Positions 57,101 to 64,000 of a stretch of DNA of 64,000 bases are shown here, one piece after another. The DNA is from Eledone cirrhosa. Lineage: Eukaryota. The notes beneath the pieces were generated by a model. It made no database searches and was not told the origin of the DNA. It saw only the letters and a list, made by a program, of their open reading frames with translations. Within the stretch, counting starts at the first letter, position 1. Each line of letters begins with the position of its first letter. The position numbers were made by a program, and so were the translations under genes. The stretch lies in assembly GCA_964016885.1 (NCBI GenBank), contig OZ024750.1:39618001-39682000 (forward strand), given 5' to 3'.

Positions 57101-60100
57101 GGTCTATTGTATATGTCTATAGTGTGGGGTATACTGTGTGGTCTATTGTATATGTCTAGTGTGGGGTATACTCTGTGGTCTATTGTATATGTCTATAGTG
57201 TGGGGTATACTCTGTGGTCTATTGTATATGTCTATAGTGTGGGGTATACTGTGTGGTCTATTGTATATGTCTATAGTGTGGGGTATACTCTGTGGTCTAT
57301 TGTATATGTCTAGTGTGGGGTATACTGTGTGGTCTATTGTATATGTCTATAGTGTGGGGTATACTGTGTGGTCTATTGTATATGTCTATAGTGTGGGGTA
57401 TACTCTGTGGTCTATTGTATATGTCTATAGTGTGAGGTATACTGTGTGGTCTATTGTATATGTCTATAGTGTGGGGTATACTCTGTGGTCTATTGTATAT
57501 GTCTAGTGTGGGGTATACTGTGTGGTCTATTGTATATGTCTATAGTGTGGGGTATACTGTGTGGTCTATTGTATATGTCTATAGTGTGGGGTATACTGTG
57601 TGGTCTATTGTATATGTCTAGTGTGGGGTATACTCTGTGGTCTATTGTATATGTCTATAGTGTGGGGTATACTGTGTGGTCTATTGTATGTGTCTATAGT
57701 GTGGGGTATACTGTGTGGTCTATTGTATATGTCTATAGTGTGGGGTATACTCTGTGGTCTATTGTATATGTCTATAGTGTGGGGTATACTCTGTGGTCTA
57801 TTGTATATGTCTATAGTGTGGGGTATACTGTGTGGTCTATTGTATATGTCTATAGTGTGGGGTATATTGTGTGGTCTATTGTATATGTCTAGTGTGGGGT
57901 ATACTGTGTGGTCTATTGTATATGTCTAGTGTGGGGTATACTCTGTTGTCTATTGTATATGTCTATAGTGTGGGGTATACTGTGTGGTCTATTGTATATG
58001 TCTATAGTGTGGGGTATATTGTGTGGTCTATTGTACATGTCTATAGTGTGGGGTATACTCTGTGGTCTATTGTATATGTCTATAGTGTGGGGTATACTGT
58101 GTGGTCTATTGTATATGTCTAGTGTGGGGTATACTCTGTGGTCTATTGTATATGTCTATAGTGTGGGGTATACTGTGTGGTCTATTGTATATGTCTATAG
58201 TGTGGGGTATACTGTGTGGTCTATTGTATATGTCTAGTGTGGGGTATACTCTGTGGTCTATTGTATATGTCTATAGTGTGGGGTATACTGTGTGGTCTAT
58301 TGTATGTGTCTATAGTGTGGGGTATACTGTGTGGTCTATTGTATATGTCTATAGTGTGGGGTATACTCTGTGGTCTATTGTATATGTCTATAGTGTGGGG
58401 TATACTCTGTGGTCTATTGTATATGTCTATAGTGTGGGGTATACTGTGTGGTCTATTGTATATGTCTATAGTGTGGGGTATATTGTATATGTCTAGTGTG
58501 GGGTATACTGTGTGGTCTATTGTATATGTCTAGTGTGGGGTATACTCTGTTGTCTATTGTATATGTCTATAGTGTGGGGTATACTGTGTGGTCTATTGTA
58601 TATGTCTATAGTGTGGGGTATATTGTGTGGTCTATTGTACATGTCTATAGTGTGGGGTATACTCTGTGGTCTATTGTATATGTCTATAGTGTGGGGTATA
58701 CTGTGTGGTCTATTGTATATGTCTAGTGTGGGGTATACTCTGTGGTCTATTGTATATGTCTATAGTGTGGGGTATACTGTGTGGTCTATTGTATATGTCT
58801 ATAGTGTGGGGTATATTGTGTGGTCTATTGTATATGTCTATAGTGTGGGGTATACTCTGTGGTCTATTGTATATGTCTATAGTGTGGGGTATACTGTGTG
58901 GTCTATTGTATATGTCTATAGTGTGGGGTATATTGTGTGGTCTATTGTATATGTCTAGTGTGGGGTATACTGTGTGGTCTATTGTATATGTCTAGTGTGG
59001 GGTATACTCTGTTGTCTATTGTATATGTCTATAGTGTGGGGTATACTGTGTGGTCTATTGTATATGTCTATAGTGTGGGGTATATTGTGTGGTCTATTGT
59101 ACATGTCTATAGTGTGGGGTATACTCTGTGGTCTATTGTATATGTCTATAGTGTGGGGTATACTGTGTGGTCTATTGTATATGTCTATAGTGTGGGGTAT
59201 ATTGTATATGTCTATAGTGTGGGGTATATTGTGTGGTCTATTGTATATGTCTAGTGTGGGGTATACTCTGGTCTATTGTATATGTCTATAGTGTGGGGTA
59301 TACTCTGTGGTCTATTGTACATGTCTATAGTGTGGGGTATACTGTGTGGTCTATTGTAGATGTCTATAGTGTGGGGTATACTGTGTGGTCTATTGTATAT
59401 GTCTATAGTGTGGGGTATACTGTGTGGTCTATTGTATATGTCTATAGTGTGGGGTATATTGTGTGGTCTATTGTATATGTCTATAGTGTGGGGTATACTC
59501 TGGTCTATTGTATATGTCTATAGTGTGGGGTATACTCTGTGGTCTATTGTATATGTCTATAGTGTGGGGTATACTGTGTGGTCTATTGTATATGTCTATA
59601 GTGTGGGGTATACTCTGTGGTCTATTGTATATGTCTATAGTGTGAGGTATACTGTGTGGTCTATTGTATATGTCTATAGTGTGGGGTATACTCTGTGGTC
59701 TATTGTATATGTCTAGTGTGGGGTATACTGTGTGGTCTATTGTATATGTCTATAGTGTGGGGTATACTGTGTGGTCTATTGTATATGTCTATAGTGTGGG
59801 GTATACTGTGTGGTCTATTGTATATGTCTAGTGTGGGGTATACTCTGTGGTCTATTGTATATGTCTATAGTGTGGGGTATACTGTGTGGTCTATTGTATA
59901 TGTCTATAGTGTGGGGTATACTCTGTGGTCTATTGTATATGTCTATAGTGTGGGGTATACTCTGTGGTCTATTGTATATGTCTATAGTGTGGGGTATACT
60001 CTGTGGTCTATTGTATATGTCTATAGTGTGGGGTATACTGTGTGGTCTATTGTATATGTCTATAGTGTGGGGTATACTGTGTGGTCTATTGTATATGTCT

Positions 60101-63100
60101 AGTGTGGGGTATACTCTGTGGTCTATTGTATATGTCTATAGTGTGGGGTATACTGTGTGGTCTATTGTATATGTCTATAGTGTGGGGTATACTGTGTGGT
60201 CTATTGTATATGTCTATAGTGTGGGGTATACTGAGTGGTCTATTGTATATGTCTAGTGTGGGGTATACTCTGTGGTCTATTGTATATGTCTATAGTGTGG
60301 GGTATACTGTGTGGTCTATTGTATATGTCTATAGTGTGGGGTATACTCTGTGGTCTATTGTATATGTCTATAGTGTGGGGTATACTGTGTGGTCTATTGT
60401 ACATGTCTATAGTGTGGGGTATATTGTGTGGTCTATTGTATATGTCTATAGTGTGGGGTATATTGTGGTCTATTGTATATGTCTATAGTGTGGGGTATAC
60501 TCTGTGGTCTATTGTATATGTCTATAGTGTGGGGTATACTGTGTGGTCTATTGTATATGTCTATAGTGTGGGTTATACTCTGTGGTCTATTGTATATGTC
60601 TATAGTGTGGGGTATACTCTGTGGTCTATTGTATATGTCTATAGTGTGGGGTATACTGTGTGGTCTATTGTATATGTCTAGTGTGGGGTATACTCTGTGG
60701 TCTATTGTATATGTCTATAGTGTGGGGTATACTGTGTGGTCTATTGTATATGTCTATAGTGTGGGTTATACTCTGTGGTCTATTGTATATGTTTATAGTG
60801 TGGGGTATACTGTGTGGTCTATTGTATATGTCTATAGTGTGGGGTATATTGTGTGGTCTATTGTATATGTCTATAGTGTGGGGTATACTGTGTGGTCTAT
60901 TGTATATGTCTATAGTGTGGGGTATATTGTGTGGTCTATTGTATAGTGTGGGGTATATTGTGTGGTCTATTGTATAGTGTGGGGTATACTGTGTGGGCTA
61001 TTGTATATGTCTATAGTGTGGGGTATATTGTATAGTGTGGGGTATACTGTGTGGTCTATTGTATATGTCTATAGTGTGGGGTATATTGTGTGGTCTATTG
61101 TATATGTCTATAGTGTGGGGTATACTGTGTGGTCTATTGTATATGTCTATAGTGTGGGGTATACTCTCTGGTCTATTGTATATGTCTATAGTGTGGGGTA
61201 TACTGTGTGGTCTATTGTATATGTCTATAGTGTGGGGTATATTGTGTGGTCTATTGTATATGTCTATAGTGTGGGGTATACTGTGTGGTCTATTGTATAT
61301 GTCTATAGTGTGGGGTATACTCTGTGGTCTATTGTATATGTCTATAGTGTGGGGTATACTGTGTGGTCTATTGTATATGTCTAGTGTGGGGTATACTGTG
61401 TGGTCTATTGTATATGTCTATAGTGTGGGGTATACTCTGTGGTCTATTGTATATGTCTATAGTGTGGGGTATACTGTGTGGTCTATTGTATATGTCTATA
61501 GTGTGGGGTATATTGTGTGGTCTATTGTATATGTCTAGTGTGGGGTATACTGTATATGTCTATAGTGTGGGGTATATTGTGTGGTCTATTGTATATGTCT
61601 ATAGTGTGGGGTATATTGTGTGGTCTATTGTACATGTCTACAGTGGGGTATACTGTGTGGGGTATACTGTGTGGTCTATTGTATATGTCTATAGTGTGGG
61701 GTGTACTGAGTGGTCTATTGTATATGTCTATAGTGTGGGGTATACTGTGTGGTCTATTGTATATGTCTAGTGTGGGGTATACTGTGTGGTCTATTGTATA
61801 TGTCTATAGTGTGGGGTATACTGTGTGGTCTATTGTATATGTCTAGTGTGGGGTATACTGTGTGGTCTATTGTATATGTCTATAGTGTGGGGTATACTCT
61901 GTGGTCTATTGTATATGTCTATAGTGTGGGGTATACTGTGTGGTCTATTGTATATGTCTATAGTGTGGGGTATACTCTGTGGTCTATTGTATATGTCTAT
62001 AGTGTGGGGTATACTGTGTGGTCTATTGTATATGTCTAGTGTGGGGTATACTGTGTGGTCTATTGTATATGTCTATAGTGTGGGGTATACTCTGTGGTCT
62101 ATTGTATATGTCTATAGTGTGGGGTATACTGTGTGGTCTATTGTATATGTCTATAGTGGGGTATACTGTGTGGTCTATTGTATATGTCTATAGTGTGGGG
62201 TATACTGTGTGGTCTATTGTATATGTCTATAGTGTGGGGTATATTGTGTGGTCTATTGTAAATGTCTATAGTGTGGGGTATATTGTGTGGTCTATTGTAC
62301 ATGTCTACAGTGGGGTATACTGTGTGGTCTATTGTATATGTCTATAGTGTGGGGTATATTGTGTGGTCTATTGTATATGTCTATAGTGTGGGGTATACTG
62401 TGTGGTCTATTGTACATGTCTATAGTGTGGGGTATACTGAGTGGTCTATTGTATATGTCTATAGTGTGGGGTATACTGTGTGGTCTATTGTACATGTCTA
62501 TAGTGTGGGGTATACTGAGTGGTCTATTGTATATGTCTATAGTGTGGGGTATACTGAGTGGTCTATTGTATATGTCTATATTGTGGGGTATATTGTGTGG
62601 TCTATTGTATATGTCTATAGTGTGGGGTATACTGTGTGGTCTATTGTACATGTCTATAGTGTGGGGTATACTGAGTGGTCTATTGTATATGTCTATAGTG
62701 TGGGGTATACTGTGTGGTCTATTGTACATGTCTATAGTGTGGGGTATACTCTGTGGTCTATTGTATATGTCTATAGTGTGGGGTATACTGAGTGGTCTAT
62801 TGTATATGTCTATATTGTGGGGTATATTGTGTGGTCTATTGTATATGTCTATAGTGTAGGGTATACTGTGTGGTCTATTGTATATTGTGGGGTATACTCT
62901 GGTCTATTGTATATGTCTATATTGTGGGGTATACTGTGTGGTCTATTGTATATTGTGGGGTATACTGTGTGGTCTATTGTATATGTCTATAGTGTGGGGT
63001 ATACTGTGTGGTCTATTGTATATGTCTATAGTGTAGGGTATACTCTGTGGTCTATTGTATATGTCTATAGTGTAGGGTATACTCTGTGGTCTATTGTATA

Positions 63101-64000
63101 TGTCTATAGTGTAGGGTATACTCTGTGGTCTATTGTATATGTCTATAGTGTGGGGTATACTCTGTGGTCTATTGTATATGTCTATATTGTGGGGTATATT
63201 GTGTGGTCTATTGTATATGTCTAGTGTGGGGTATACTGTGTGGTCTATTGTATAGTGTGGGGTATACTGTGTGGTCTATTGTACATGTCTATAGTGTGGG
63301 GTATACTGTGTGGTCTATTGTACATGTCTATATTGTGGGGTATACTGAGTGGTCTATTGTATATGTCTATAGTGTGGGGTATACTGTGTGGTCTATTGTA
63401 CATGTCTATAGTGTGGGGTATACTGAGTGGTCTATTGTATATGTCTATAGTGTGGGGTATACTGTGTGGTCTATTGTACATGTCTATATTGTGGGGTATA
63501 CTGAGTGGTCTATTGTATATGTCTATATTGTGGGGTATATTGTGTGGTCTATTGTATATGTCTATATTGTGGGGTATACTGTGTGGTCTATTGTAGATGT
63601 CTATAGTGTGGGGTATACTGTGTGGTCTATTGTATAGTGTGGGGTATACTGTGTGGTCTATTGTACATGTCTATAGTGTGGGGTATACTGTGTGGTCTAT
63701 TGTACATGTCTATATTGTGGGGTATACTGTGTGGTCTATTGTACATGTCTATAGTGTGGGGTATACTGAGTGGTCTATTGTATGTCTATAGTGTGGGGTA
63801 TACTGTGTGGTCTATTGTACATGTCTATATTGTGGGGTATATTGTGTGGTCTATTGTATATGTCTATATTGTGGGGTATACTGTGTGGTCTATTGTAGAT
63901 GTCTATAGTGTGGGGTATACTGTGTGGTCTATTGTATATGTCTATAGTGTGGGGTATACTGTGTGGTCTATTGTACATGTCTATAGTGTGGGGTATACTG
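51179..64000. repeat. 39-bp satellite (TATAGTGTGGGGTATACTGTGTGGTCTATTGTATATGTC) with 37-, 29/31- and 27-bp deletion variants; >12.8 kb, runs off the window end
   Basis: Direct reading. Confidence 0.97.

Noticed and set aside
51172-64000. Many VWGILCGLLYMSI-repeat ORFs
   Set aside because: The 39-bp unit is a multiple of 3, and frames shift at each 37-bp variant, so there is no sign of coding constraint.

Overview
Eukaryotic, repeat-saturated window with no recognisable host gene. The SINE types and TA-rich context resemble an octopus/cephalopod genome (inference from memory, not checked). 1-29482 is a head-to-tail array of at least six nearly identical ~6.0 kb L1/Tx1-clade LINEs (ORF1 with a CCHC knuckle; ORF2 with APE, RT and a zinc finger). 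They are joined by (ATT)n linkers and have no poly(A). Two linkers carry an identical tRNA-like SINE whose 3' end resembles the LINE 3' end. After a 200-N gap come a ~9 kb compound (TA)n array with polarity inversions, a decayed 5'-truncated RTE LINE, RTE-tailed SINE fragments that seeded three tandem repeats (49, 92 and 142 bp), and a >12.8 kb 39-bp satellite. Between 29.8 and 49.4 kb I read eight type I hammerhead-ribozyme-like motifs from about six unrelated sequence families. Most sit inside fold-back or inverted-repeat elements, often next to (TA)n, which suggests non-coding Penelope-like pLTR remnants. All structures were read by eye; none is computationally or experimentally validated.
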